A stretch of 62,686 bases of DNA, filler included, from Dirinaria sp. TL-2023a (lineage: Eukaryota): NCBI GenBank assembly GCA_051941275.1. It is 2 parts of 2 records of this genome, joined end to end, with 100 filler letters (N's around TTAATTAATTAA, not from the genome) between each part and the next. Parts side by side here need not be neighbours in the genome. Positions count along the whole stretch, not along the records: positions 1 to 31,402 come from JAVEBF010000093.1; positions 31,503 to 62,686 come from JAVEBF010000094.1. One strand, 5' to 3'. Each line of letters starts with the position of its first letter. Within the stretch, counting starts at the first letter, position 1. Position numbers and translations under genes: made by a program. Shown piece after piece: positions 23,801 to 35,974 of the stretch. A model generated the notes under the pieces. That model was not told where the DNA came from and ran no database searches. It saw nothing but the letters and a program-made list of their open reading frames with translations.

Positions 23801-26800
23801 GAGGAGTTCGTGCATCAAAGAGACAGAAAAAACGATCCACGTTCATCCCACATTGTGACCTGTTCAGGCCATACCTCTTTTTCACTTCTCGAGAACAAGC
23901 AGAGACTATTACAGTATGTGAAGTCCAATCCAGGTACAAAGATACATGACCTGGCGTATACGACAACAGCACGGAAAATGCATCATGCTTTTCGAAGTTC
24001 GTTCGCCGTACGCACAACTGAAGAATTTGCAAACAACCTAAACGCAGACATTGCGAAGGCTCAGTCAACCAAAGCTGTTAGCCATGAAAGCTATAGCTCA
24101 ATCGTTTGGGCATTCACTGGGCAAGGATCCTTCTACCGCGGTATGGGTAAACAGCTTTTCCAAACCTGCGGCAGGTTCCGCGAGAGTATCCTTTCGTACC
24201 AGCGGATCTGTGACCTGCAGGGTTTGCCGTATGTTGTAGACCTGATTTCAAACCCCGAAGACACGCAGGTAAACGATGAGACCATGGTCCAGACGCAGCT
24301 GGCAATAGTATTTCTCGAACTTGCGCTTGCAGGTCTGTGGAGGTCATGGGGAGTGAAGCCCAATCTCCTTATTGGACACAGTCTTGGCGAGTACTCTGCC
24401 CTTTGCGTTTCTGGAGTTCTGTCAGTCACTGACACCCTATACCTGGTGGGAAAACGTGCGTCACTTCTCCAAGATCGATGCACGCCAGGCACTCATGCTA
24501 TGCTCGCCGTTGACTGGTCGTCTGAAAACCTTGGCCAGTTCATCGAGGCCGAGCATCTGTCTTCGTGCAAGATCTCGTGCAAAAACTCACCGAATCAAAC
24601 GGTCGCGAGCGGCACCATTAACGATTTGAAACAGCTCGATAGTCGACTGAAAGCCCAAGGAGCGAAGACTAAAATGCTGCAAGTCCCGTACGGGTTCCAT
24701 TCTTCGCAGGTAGAACCTATACTCGAAGAATTCGAAGCGTGTGCCAAGGGTCTTCACTTCGCTCAGCCGACTATCCCGGTAGTCTCGACACTTACGACTG
24801 TGGTGGTGAATACTGTGGGACAATTCCAGCCAAATTACCTTGCTAGGCAAGCAAGAGAGCCAGTGGATTTCTTGGGTGCTCTTCAGGCATGCAAGAAAAA
24901 CGGTCTTGTCAACGATAAAACTGTATGGGTCGATTTTGGTCCGGATCCGATGTGCCTCGGAATGATACGTTCGAGCCTTGGGATACCATCCACGAATCTG
25001 TTCGCAACCGTCAAGTCGACCGAGGAGAACTGGAAAACAACATCTGCCTCCCTTTCATCTGCCTATTTGGTCAAAGTACCTATTGACTGGAAAGCATATC
25101 ATCAAGAATATGTGAATTCTCTCACCTTCCTGGAACTACCTGCTTATGCATTCGATCTGAAGGAATATTGGTCTCCCTACAACCAAGACATGACGGGCAC
25201 GGGCACAGGCACTGTTAAGGCTGCTATGGAGAAGTCTGATCCAGTGCCGGTCTCGGCAGCTCCGCTAACAACATGTCTTCAATACCTCGTCAATGAGACC
25301 TTTACCGAAAAGGCGACATCCGCTACCTTCGTAACTTATACATCCGAGCCAAGCCTTTACGAAATAATTCAGGGCCATGTGGTCAATGGGGTTGCACTTT
25401 GTCCTGCCAGTGTCTTCTGCGACATGGCTTACACCGCCGCGGAATACTTGTTTGGGAAGGCTAATCCTAACAAGGCCGCGTTAATTGATATGTCTCTCCA
25501 TGGCCTGAATATTACCCACCCTATTGTGATCGATTCGCCTGATCAGCCAAAGAAAATCGAAGTGACCGCTACCAAGCTTGACAATGATTGGTCAGTGAGT
25601 ATCACGTTTAGATCAGGGGACTCCTCTCAGAACCAGAACGGCGGCTGCCAAGTTCGCTTTGATGCGAAAAACTCTTGGAAGAGAGAAGTTGCCAGATCCC
25701 TCCACTTGGTTAAGAAAAGGATGGAAGCAGTCGTTAAAAGCTCTACCTCTGGAGACGGGCATAGGTTACTCAAGCCTATCGTTTACAAACTTTTTTCGGA
25801 CCTCGTGAACTATGCCGAGAGCTATCAAGGCCTTGATGAGGTTTTCCTTGATAACGGAGGTCGTGAAGCTGTTGGACGGGTCAAGCTGAGGCGTCATTTA
25901 GAAAGTGGCCGATTCACGCAGAACCCTTACTGGCTCGACAGTATCGTGCACTTGGCAGGATTCATACTGAACGGAGATGTGACTAAGGCAATCGATATAG
26001 CTTTCATCGCCACAGGGTTTGAAGCGCTATACGCCGTCGAAGAGCTCAGCGAGGAGCACCAATATACCAGCTATGTTTGCATGCAAGAAGGGGAAAAGAA
26101 AGATGAGCTTCTTGGGGATGTTTACGTTTTCAGGGGAGAGACTCTTGTTGCTTTGTGCGCTGGCCTTTGCTTCCACAAGATGCTCAAGAGGACGTTATCT
26201 GCCATCATGGGTAGAACTCCTGGCCCTCAACCAAAAGCGGCAGCTTTGGGTCCACCAGCGCAAGTATCTCACAAAAACATCTCTCAAGCCTTCCCGTCTG
26301 TGGCACCTGCCACGTCAAGCGGCTCGTTGACGCTCGCGGATGGGCATACTCCACAAGATACCTCATCTTCTACAGGTTCGGCCAAAAACAAAATTCAGGA
26401 CACAGCGGCCCTTCTGTTAGGTATCATAGCTTCGGAATCTGGAGTCGATATTGATGAACTACAGCCAGCGACTTCCTTTTCCGATCTGGGAGTGGATTCG
26501 CTGATGACTATCACAATCCTTTCGGCAGCCAAAAGCCAATTGGACATGGATATTCCAGCGTCATTTTTCACTGACCATCCGACAGTGAAGGATCTCCAAG
26601 AGGAGCTTAGTGATTCCATGGATGCTGACGACGCTCCTGAGGTGACCGAGATTCCTGAACCTGGGCTAACTACGGAGGAAAGCTCAACGGACACCCCTAC
26701 CTTGACTCCGGTTGATACCGCTCCGGACGATGTGTCTCCAGATGTCGATATCGCGCAAAATCTCACCAACAGTGACACGAAAGTTGAAGACTTACCCACC

Positions 26801-27772
26801 CGTGAGACAAAACCTTCAGTCGATGCAAACCAACCTCCGCGAGGCAAAGTAGTCCTACTGCAGGGTCGTGCATCATCAAAAGAAACACCGGTGTACTTGA
26901 TGACCGACGGTGCGGGGTCTGCAACGGCTTATATATACTTGCCGCCCCTTCCCGGTGGAAGGCGGCTTTACACTATTGAGTCGCCATACCTTCCGAACCC
27001 GACTGAGTGGCGCTGCAGTCTGGAGGAGTATTGTAGCTATTACGTTGCCACTCTCCAAGCAAGCCAGCCGCATGGCCCTTACATACTAGGGGGCTGGTCC
27101 GCCGGCTCGGTTTTTGCCTTTGAGACCTGTCGCCAGTTGATCCATGAGAAGGGCGAGCAAATCAAGTGCCTGTTCATGATTGATATGCGAGTACCGCGGC
27201 CCATGCCGGATGCGCTTGAGCCCACGCATGAGCTTATCGAACAGGCAGGTCTGGTGACGGGGATCAAACGGTCGGGACAAACAATGAACGAGATTTCCAT
27301 GAAGGTGAAGGAGCATTTGGTCAGTACTGTCAAGGCTCTCACGCGCTTCCAGCCTCAACCGATTGATCCTGCGCGCCGTCCTGGGAGGTCATTCATGGTG
27401 TGGGCTAGACAGGGACTGGGACAGGAGAAAATGTCACGATTCAAGGGAGACTTACAAAAGGAAGTGGACGCCATCGAGGGTAATGTCATGGAGGACCCGA
27501 ACACAGGGCTGAAAGGTTGGTTCTTCGCAAAGCGGACTGCGTTCGGACCGAACGGCTGGGATGAGCTGGTCGGTGATGTCGAGTGTCATGTCATGGAAGC
27601 CGATCACTTTTCCATGGTCACACCACCGGACGTAAGTCTCCTATCTATTGACATTCGTGCGTTCCGCGCTCAAATGACTAATTGTGTCTTCCAGGTCAAG
27701 GAATTAGGAAGGCTTCTCCGAGAGGCCGTTGAGAAGTCTGAAGCTGCGTGGAGCGAAGCCCATCCCTGCTGA
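20897..27772 (+). CDS. Non-reducing iterative polyketide synthase, SAT-KS-AT-PT-ACP-TE (about 2095 aa, 8 exons), orsellinate/resorcylate (group I-like) type
   Basis: Introns at 21184-21232, 21519-21566, 21618-21880, 22457-22515, 23464-23517, 23725-23776 and 27632-27694 give one open frame. SAT: LLFGDQT, GFCTG, GAVHA. KS: DCACASS, EMHGTGT, GHGEA. AT: GHSLGE, YGFHS. PT: GHVVNGVALCP, WLDSIVH. A single ACP: LGVDSLM. TE: GWSAG, DHFSM. Confidence 0.95.
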
Positions 27773-28836
27773 AACTGCGTAAGGCAGTTTGAAGCTGGAT
27801 TACAAGGTTGAGTCAGGGGATCATGTTCTGCATACTACGCTATGCAGTAAATCAAGATTGGAATAATTGCAGGATCGGAGTTGACTGTGCGTTTGATTTA
27901 AAAGTAATAGATTTTCATGTATGCTGTAATGTATAGGTGGTGGCTGGGGCTTAATATAATGTAGATGAATGGTTTCATACATGTATCTCTACTGCATCCT
28001 ACATATGTTTAGACTCTCACGTGTATGTACAGTGGAACCCAAGAGGAAGGCTTGTAGAGTATCCCAAGCGGACAAGCCAGAATCTATCTACCGAAAATGC
28101 TCCATATTCGCCTCATGTTGTCGCCTTCAATCGGTATCAGCTCCTTCATCAACTTTCCCATGAGACATGGTCTCGAGCCCAAATTCAGCTCCTACTTTCC
28201 TAGAGAGACAGCGGAGACTGAGCGCGTAATGTAATCTCGAATAGCGAAGGAGCATCCCTCATATTTTATGAGCTCGGAAAGTTGTGCCTATGAGCCTGCT
28301 ACCGAATGCACAGCATCCTGAATCCAACACTGTCCCCCAAGATCATAAGTAGATGACAAGTTCTAGCTTTTCAGCGACTCATATGACGCAGTCTTTTCTT
28401 CTGATCAATTACTTCTCAAGCCAAGAGCAATGCCCATTTTGGTGGTTCATTACATTACAGAAGTATCGCAAATGTTCGTCTTCAACATACACCATTTGCG
28501 ATCCAAAGGTAGTGCAATTTTTCTGCCCGTTCCCAAACCAACAGAAGTGCCAAGTTCCATTAGCTTGTCCAAGTACTACGATTATTCGTCGTCAGAATAC
28601 ACTGTCAGAATACACGATGTAACGGTTCTAAAATAGTGCATTTCTCCAGGAGAAGATCGGTCTTCCGTATTTCATGTCTGATTTGAAAGCACAAGCTCAT
28701 TATCGTGACCTTGGTCCCCGTGTCATCGAAAAATATCGTAAAGAGATTGCGTAAAAGATTTCTGTGAGCAATGGCTGAGATATCAGACGTAAACGGCTGA
28801 GCTCGGTTCGGGGGTTCCTGGAGTCATTCGGAAATT

Positions 28837-30497
28837 TCAGGTATCGGTCAGATTCTTCCGTAAACGGTACTTTGCGCTAAAGTAAAGAGAACATAAGCTT
28901 GCGTGCACTGTCTTCGTCAGGAGTACCGAATCCCGGCTCACTGAAGCGTTCGCATGCGCATCGGGACCATGGTTAAGCATAGGTGCAAGCCACCTGCAGC
29001 CTGCAGACCGGGACCCAGCTGAGAAGTGTAAATCATGACCCAGACAGTTGTGAATGCGCACCAAGGGCTGGTATTGGTGACATGTGAATATGTACAGCGG
29101 TTGTGTATGACGAGAAGTACAAGAACAAGGATTCGAGGGGTGCGATTGTGTGCCTCATGACTGACCGTCATGTACAGTTCTGTATCAAGAGCTACGGAAG
29201 AGCCACGAATGGGAGGGCGACGCCACAGGTCCAGGTTAGCGCGGTCAGAGCCACCACGTACGTACCTTAGTCAGATCACCTGGAAGTCGCCCACCAGACT
29301 ACCCAAGCTGGTCTGCCCGAAAGAGCCAGGTCACTACCTGGATAGTACCTGGGTTCACCGAAGCCCCAGTGAACTCATCTGAGACAACCTCGTCTTGGCT
29401 GGCGTACATGGTGCAAGGCAAGACCCGACAACCCATGGCGTCAACTTCCGTACCTTACTACCTTATGGTATTTTACATTTCGCGGATGCGCCGAGCATGC
29501 AGCAAAGTATCATTACAAGTATGCTATAACGCCAGAGACATGTGGATCAGTCGGGTACAGATGCCTCCTTTTGTTTTGTTGATCGCCTCAAGCTGGACCC
29601 CTATACAGACACCCAGGTTTCGTTCTCTATCAATGAGCTTCCTTATCAGACTTCGCGAAGATGCTACAGCTGTCTTCCATCCGCTCCGGTGGAATTTGAT
29701 CCCATCTTGTTGGGCCATGGATTGGGATGTAACCTCAGTCACGTACAGTACTCAACACCGAAAGACATCCTCTTCAGTTCCCCCGCCGCATTAGCGTCGT
29801 CATAACCAGGTCCTCGATTCTCGAGGGAACTGTGATTGCACCTGCTAACAATGAGGTCGGCGCTCAAGGCAATTTGCACGAATACGATGACTGCAGTCAA
29901 AGCTGCAAGAACGTGTGCGCTCAAACTATGATTTTCCGATGGGTGCAGCGACCAGACCCTGCATTGGCAGAACCCGTCATTCCAGCCTTGACGAAGCCAA
30001 AGTGCCCAAGCGGCTCTGAGGACAGAGCTCAGGGACAACACGATCCCCCCCGAGTCCTTCTGGGAACCTGCGCCAGAGAGAGGGAGTATCTACGAGCAGA
30101 TGCTTGATCATGATTCACTATCTACATTTTGGTACTCGTACCTCATGTCCCACTCGTCGGTGGCAACGCTCTCAAGCTTGCACTGTGGCATGATTCTCGA
30201 TCTGAGCCTGGACAACGATCATAGGCCCGAGCGATGGATCTCTTCAAACATACATCGATCCTGCCACCAGGATCTGGCTCCGCCGTCCAGATATGCTTTG
30301 AGACATGGTAATCCATGCCCCTTTACAGAGTTTACTACATATGGCATGAAGTCTGACGGGGCCTCAGAACCTACCAGCAGTTGCTGCAATGTGTGTCTCG
30401 GCCCAAGCATGTAGCTTACAGCATGACGTTTTGTGCTCGCATCCACGTTACGGTTCCACGAGTATGGATCGATGTATGACAGCTGTTTAGGAGCCAT
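28837..30497 (-). pseudogene. Decayed ankyrin-repeat gene relic
   Basis: Minus-strand fragments resemble ankyrin consensus across frameshifts: NSVKGHGLPCLKAYLDGGA, SVLRAA/GHFGFVKA, RKLIDRERN and GPGLQAAG/MLNHGPDAHA. No intact long ORF; boundaries are approximate. Confidence 0.4.
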
Positions 30498-31402
30498 GTA
30501 ATCAGATTGCCGAAAGTTTGAAAGAAAAGGGATCTACAGCGGTTGCGAGATCTGCTGCGAAGAGTACATTTCGAGCATGTACCTTCTTAAAAGTGCCCCA
30601 TCACTTTTGCGCAACGTTCCACCTATGATGGTATTTATCAGCTCTGGCATCGGAGATTTGGCGTGTGCTTCATACGTGCGTTCGTGCGTCGCAGGTCTGC
30701 TGAAGTAAAAAAAATATGAGTGGCCGGTAGTCCACTGCCGGCCATCCACGTGCCACCGCCAGCGCTTCAGCGTGAAAAGTACTTTCCAGAAGGTGAGTCG
30801 AGTTTAGGAGACAGTCTTCTCCTATCATCGCTAATGGAGACTTAGATAGCACGGTGTGATATATTGGCACCGAAGCTGTCATGCCAGCGCCTGGTTCGCT
30901 TTTAAATTAGAGCTTTAAGCCACCCCTTATTGTCAGTGCAGTATCCTCTCAGAAGACTTCTAGCATACATTTTCTGAGCTTATCGAGGCTAAAGATTCCG
31001 ATTTCAGTTGGAAAGAACATGTCCCTGGACCGCCCCTCAAAACGACCAGAGATGGACGGGATAATCTCTCATGCGACAGAACCAGACCAGATCCACATTT
31101 TCCATTCTTCTGCCAATGACATTATTATTTCCAATATGCCTCGCGCACCCAATCACCAATCAGACAAAGCAGCAGAGTTTGCTCCAACACTCCTACTCGG
31201 TCTGTATCCAGGCACGCTCTATCATTAAGTCTACGCAGGAATACAGGGGCCCAGCTAAACAGGCGAGCTGAGGCCAATACGACAGGGACACTTAATGAAT
31301 GTCAATGAATCAGGTTGCAATGAAGCTGCTCTCGTATCATCTGTATTACGGTCGCCCTACGCTCCTAATCTCCTGCCTCGGATCGTCTCCAACACACAAT
31401 TG

Positions 31403-31502
31403 NNNNNNNNNNNNNNNNNNNNNNNNNNNNNNNNNNNNNNNNNNNNTTAATTAATTAANNNNNNNNNNNNNNNNNNNNNNNNNNNNNNNNNNNNNNNNNN
31501 NN
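31403..31502. other. Artificial contig-join linker or assembly gap
   Basis: 44 N + TTAATTAATTAA (stop codons in all six frames) + 44 N, exactly 100 bp. Confidence 0.97.
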
Positions 31503-31614
31503 CCCCCCTCCCGGGGTTTCCTCCATCTATTCCCATAATTCTATATGAGCTCGATCTCAAGTCTATCTATATGTATATAAGTCTATTATCCCCCCTCCCG
31601 CCCTTCCTCTGATC

Positions 31615-32100
31615 TCATCCGCCATAATTAAACCCCATCCAACACTTCATCCCCTTCTGAAACGGCGGCGGACTCCACGTACAACTCGTGGTCACCGCCT
31701 TCCCACTCTCGATCCCCTGCCTCAAACACGACTCACACGCCATGAAGCAATCTGCGCCGTCGAGGTTGTACCGCTGGAACGCCGTGTTGCCCTTGTAGAA
31801 ACCGAAAGTGGGGCCGATGGTTGTGCCGTTGCCGTTGCCGGGCACGCAGTGCGCGCCGTTCCAGCCCATGTTGTCGAGCTGCGACAGACAGGAGAGCATC
31901 GACGGGGTCCAGGCTGGGTCGGAGGTGAAAGGGGCGGCGGCGGCGGCGGCGTCGTCGCTGCTGTCGGCGCTGCAGGTGGCTGGTGGGAGGGTTGTTGTGT
32001 CGCCGAGGTAGGAGTCCGGTAGGGGAGCGTTCTGGGGTAGGCAGGTCGTGGTGGTGGTGATGGCAGTGAGGAGGGTGAAAAGGATGAAGGGGAGGCGCAT
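31615..32100 (-). CDS. Small secreted cysteine-rich protein (effector-like, 161 aa)
   Basis: Intronless GC-rich ORF with a hydrophobic N-terminus (MRLPFILFTLLTAITTTTTC), a low-complexity spacer, and 9 Cys in total including CFMACESC and a C-terminal CW motif. Confidence 0.75.
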   Translation of the reverse strand: MRLPFILFTLLTAITTTTTCLPQNAPLPDSYLGDTTTLPPATCSADSSDDAAAAAAPFTSDPAWTPSMLSCLSQLDNMGWNGAHCVPGNGNGTTIGPTFGFYKGNTAFQRYNLDGADCFMACESCLRQGIESGKAVTTSCTWSPPPFQKGMKCWMGFNYGG

Positions 32101-34388
32101 GGTGCTGTGTACTTGTGGAAGAGGCGTGGAATTGGATTGCCGCTCGTAGAGAGGAGAAGATGTTGAGAAGGTGATTTTGGAGGTCCGTCGTTAAACACCG
32201 GTGCCGGACAGGCTGAAAGAGTGTGTAGGTAGGTAGGAAGCGAATGTATACTTGAAAGAATCCTCTTGCAAGCTGGAGAAGAAAGGCTCATTTATGACCG
32301 CGAACGCGTTTCATAGTGACTTGTGTCACATCGCCAGCATTTCAGGATCAGGATCAGTCATCCTTGCAGTAGCAGCTCATCATGATCTCGCCCGCGGGCC
32401 CAATATGCGCAAAACCTGTCGCAAGCAGCCTCAAACGAGGCCTTCTTCTTCTGCCTTCGTGAACATAATCGCCCTCCGAATCCCGCCGCCCTGAAACTTG
32501 TACGGGGAGTTTTGAAAAGTCCTTTTCGAATTTCGGAGGGAAAAAAAAAGGCGGCTCCAGAACGAGAAATTGGAGGGGAGATTATCAAAGAAACAGCGCG
32601 CACTTTTGCTTAGGTTCGGTGGGAAAATCGGGAACACGTGGGAGTAGCACCAGTCTATTTATTGTTAACTGCGACAGCGGAGGGTTCAGAGGACTTTGTT
32701 TGGCGCAAAATCCCCGGGTTGAAAATCAGAGGGTCGCATATATAGCTTCAGCCCCCCCCTTCCCGAACGGGTCGCTTGTACAGGAAACGCCCGCCCACAA
32801 GTCCTTGCTAGCACAGTCAATTAATGCCATGAGCGTGGTCAACCTGAAAGTCGCCTAGAATCCCACTCAATACTAGCACCCGAACGCGCCAACCTCCCTA
32901 CCCACATTAGGGTGCAGTTGTGTAGACGACCAAGTCTTGGCGTATATGACGCTAGTCAGGACCTTTGTCGTCGTTCTCCGTACATCAGCTACCCTACCAA
33001 TCCAAAACCTGCCGTAGACTTCTCGACAGCGTCGGCGTCGGCGTCGGAGGAAATTGGTGGAATGTCGGAAACTTCAGCTTTCCGGACTCGATCATGCAAC
33101 ACTTGCGCAGTTTCGCTGTTTTAATTAAGTTTAACTTCGGTATCTTTCGCTTGCCCCACGGAGAAAGACTGTGCATGTTGACCACACAGATTGTCGTTGC
33201 GAAGCCGACATAGCCTCGATCAGAGCGCCATGTCTAGTGGCCATTTTGGAGGCCGGGCAAGTACAATAAGCTCAATCCTTGCGTTTCCTGCTCTTCTGAT
33301 GTTTAGAGGAGCACGAATAGTCTGAACGTTGCAAATTCAAAAGAGGATTATCAAGGGACAGCAAAAATTCGAGTCAAGAAGAATTTGGTAATGTAGACCA
33401 AGAACTCCGTTTGCTGGGAATTCAACCGACGAGCTTTGTGTATTGCAAAGCATTCGAGACAGCCCCAGTTTGGTCTCGAGGAACTAGATTTTATGCGGCT
33501 CAACCAGCTAATTAGGCTCAAAGTCATTGATAGCCATGTCCGAAGAAGTGGATATGCCAATCCACTTCAAATATGGAGTCGGGTCATTGCGGTTTGTTAC
33601 ATTTGTTCTTTCTTGCTATCGAATAGAGTAGTGTATTGACATTTGTTTTGAGCTTGCCAAGGATAATGTTGATTAAAAACTTAAGTACCAACAGGGCGGG
33701 GGTGATGGTTGAGCCCACTAGCCCTGAATAAGCCCTAAAATACCATTGGAGATGGTAAAAGGAGTGATATTGAATGAATATAAGCAGGGATATTTTGATC
33801 GACTTAATGAGTGGATTCGAAATTGAAGGTGAAGGTTACGATGAAGATGATGAAATGTTTCCGAGTGAACAATGCGGTGAAAACCCTCTGTTTGCTAGTA
33901 GCAATTTCGGCACTTATTTGAAGCAAAGAAAGAGTCCTTATTTGTTGTTGACTACCTGGCTTAAGTTGCTTGTAGAAGCAAAGGCAAAAAGCTAAAAGCT
34001 AAAGGTGAAGGGGCAGTCCCCCTCACTCGCTGACTAAGGCATGCTAGATACATTTTCGGGAAGGTGCAAAGGCACCTCCTAACTTTGCACCTCCTAACAG
34101 CGGGCAAAGATAAGATCGATAGTCCTCGGTCCGGCGCTTAGTACGCTTAACCCCTCGATCTAAAGTTATCTCTTTAGCATATCTGATCTTGAGGGTGTGG
34201 TGGGGTAAGAATGATAGTAATCTAGGTGCGAGTCTCTGGAAAATTGATAATGACTCGCTCGAACGAGCTGGCCATGTTAAAACCCCACGGATGGCTCAGC
34301 AGGCCTATCGAGTAATTTTACGTGCGTTGCGTTTGCTCGCTGACACTGAATCGTCTGAGCATTAGTGGGACGAGACAATAACTCCAAG

Positions 34389-35900
34389 ATGCCCTCGGAA
34401 ACAGATCCACTGCTGCCGAACAATGATCCAGCGCCGGAGATCATGGGCGAAGGCTTCTCTCGCAAGCCTTGGAAACAAGATCTTCAGAAAGAGCGTCTCA
34501 GCACTGCCGTTGAGGTAGTAGACGAGGACGGAGATGACAGTCCTCCGGCTGAGGCCGGCCTAGGAGCATCGCCATTGCGGACCATCTTTACGATTTTTAC
34601 AACCGTGGTGGGCTTCGCCCTTGCCATTTCGGTCTTGATCAGGATCCGATACGGCGGGCCTGATCAAGCGCCAGAAGTTGGTCCGCCAAAAGCGCCGACC
34701 GCAATAGCGGATCGAGTCGACAGGATTTTGACCGAGAACCCTTTGCTGGACGGCCACAATGATTTTGCTATAATGATCAGGTACATATATAACAATAATA
34801 TATATGATACGAAGTTTACTCAAGCCTTCAACAAAGGCGGCATGGAATATCACGTCGATCTTCCCCGTCTGAAAGCCGGAAAAGTCGGAGGCACCTTCTG
34901 GTCGGCTTTCGTTGGATGTCCGGCAAATGGGACCGACTTCTCGGATTCCAACTATGCTGAGGCAGTCTCTTCTACACTTTCGCAGATAGATGTTCTTCAA
35001 CGCTTGACGACACAATATCCAAATACCTTCTCCGCTGCGGTGCCCAATAGCACTGTAGCTGCAGCTGCCTTCGACAGGGATCATTTGCTCATCTCGCCTT
35101 TCGCTATTGAAGGCCTTCACCAAATTGGCAACTCACTTTCCACACTGCGATTGTACCATTCTCTCAATGTGAAATATGCGACTTTGACACACAATTGCCA
35201 TAATGTGTTTGCAGATGCCGCTCTGTCAGTTGATCGAGAGCACCAGCTGGTTGCAGCGCCCCCTTTCTGGGGAGGAGTGAGTGAACATGGACAAGTGATT
35301 GTCAAAGAAATGAACAGGCTTGGGATGCTTGTGGATCTTTCCCATGTCAGCAAAGACACCATGCTGGATGTTCTTGGCGGCCGACCTGAGAAGTGGGCAG
35401 GTAGCGCCGCACCAGTAATATTCAGCCATTCTTCTGCATACGCTCTGTGCCCACACCCAAGGAATATACCTGATGACGTCCTCAAACTTGTCAAGAAGAC
35501 AAATTCAGTTGTCATGGTCAACTTCTCGCCTGATTTCATATCCTGCATCTCGTCAAATTCGTCAAGCGGCCTTCCTGATCTTTATCCATCGAACGCCACA
35601 TTGCATCAAGTAGCGAGACATATTATGTACATTGGCGAAGAGATTGGATTCGAACATGTTGGCATCGGTAGCGACTTCGATGGCATATTTGAAACTCCTA
35701 GGGGTCTCGATGACGTGAGTAAATTCCCGGACTTGATTGCTGAACTCTTAGAAATGGGAATGACGGACGACGAAGCGGCTATGGTGGTCGGACGAAACGT
35801 ATTGAGGGTATGGGCCGACGTAGACAAGGTGGCGGCCAGGATGAAAAATGAGGGCGTACTGCCTGCCGAAGATACTATCTTGGGCCATAATGCTCTCTGA
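34389..35900 (+). CDS. Membrane-anchored dipeptidase, peptidase family M19 (503 aa)
   Basis: First ATG at 34389 (MPSETDPLLP) and one N-terminal transmembrane helix. Motifs LDGHNDF, GGTFWS, IEGLH, TLTHNC, DLSH, FSHS, HPRN and GSDFDG. Confidence 0.92.
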   Translation: MPSETDPLLPNNDPAPEIMGEGFSRKPWKQDLQKERLSTAVEVVDEDGDDSPPAEAGLGASPLRTIFTIFTTVVGFALAISVLIRIRYGGPDQAPEVGPPKAPTAIADRVDRILTENPLLDGHNDFAIMIRYIYNNNIYDTKFTQAFNKGGMEYHVDLPRLKAGKVGGTFWSAFVGCPANGTDFSDSNYAEAVSSTLSQIDVLQRLTTQYPNTFSAAVPNSTVAAAAFDRDHLLISPFAIEGLHQIGNSLSTLRLYHSLNVKYATLTHNCHNVFADAALSVDREHQLVAAPPFWGGVSEHGQVIVKEMNRLGMLVDLSHVSKDTMLDVLGGRPEKWAGSAAPVIFSHSSAYALCPHPRNIPDDVLKLVKKTNSVVMVNFSPDFISCISSNSSSGLPDLYPSNATLHQVARHIMYIGEEIGFEHVGIGSDFDGIFETPRGLDDVSKFPDLIAELLEMGMTDDEAAMVVGRNVLRVWADVDKVAARMKNEGVLPAEDTILGHNAL

Positions 35901-35974
35901 GACGTAGTTTAGACCAGCATACTAGAAGCTAGCGTTCTGTCGAGAGCTAAGAAAGCGACGGTCTATGGGCCTTC

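Noticed and set aside
26620..26850. Second ACP in the NR-PKS
   Set aside because: The segment is an acidic Thr/Pro-rich linker with no DSL phosphopantetheine motif.
31447..31458. TTAATTAATTAA palindrome as a biological site
   Set aside because: It sits symmetrically within N runs and is an assembly spacer.
34389..35900. Dipeptidase as a GliJ-like secondary-metabolism enzyme
   Set aside because: It has an N-terminal membrane anchor and sits next to ADE8, and no NRPS, GST or other epipolythiodioxopiperazine genes are present.
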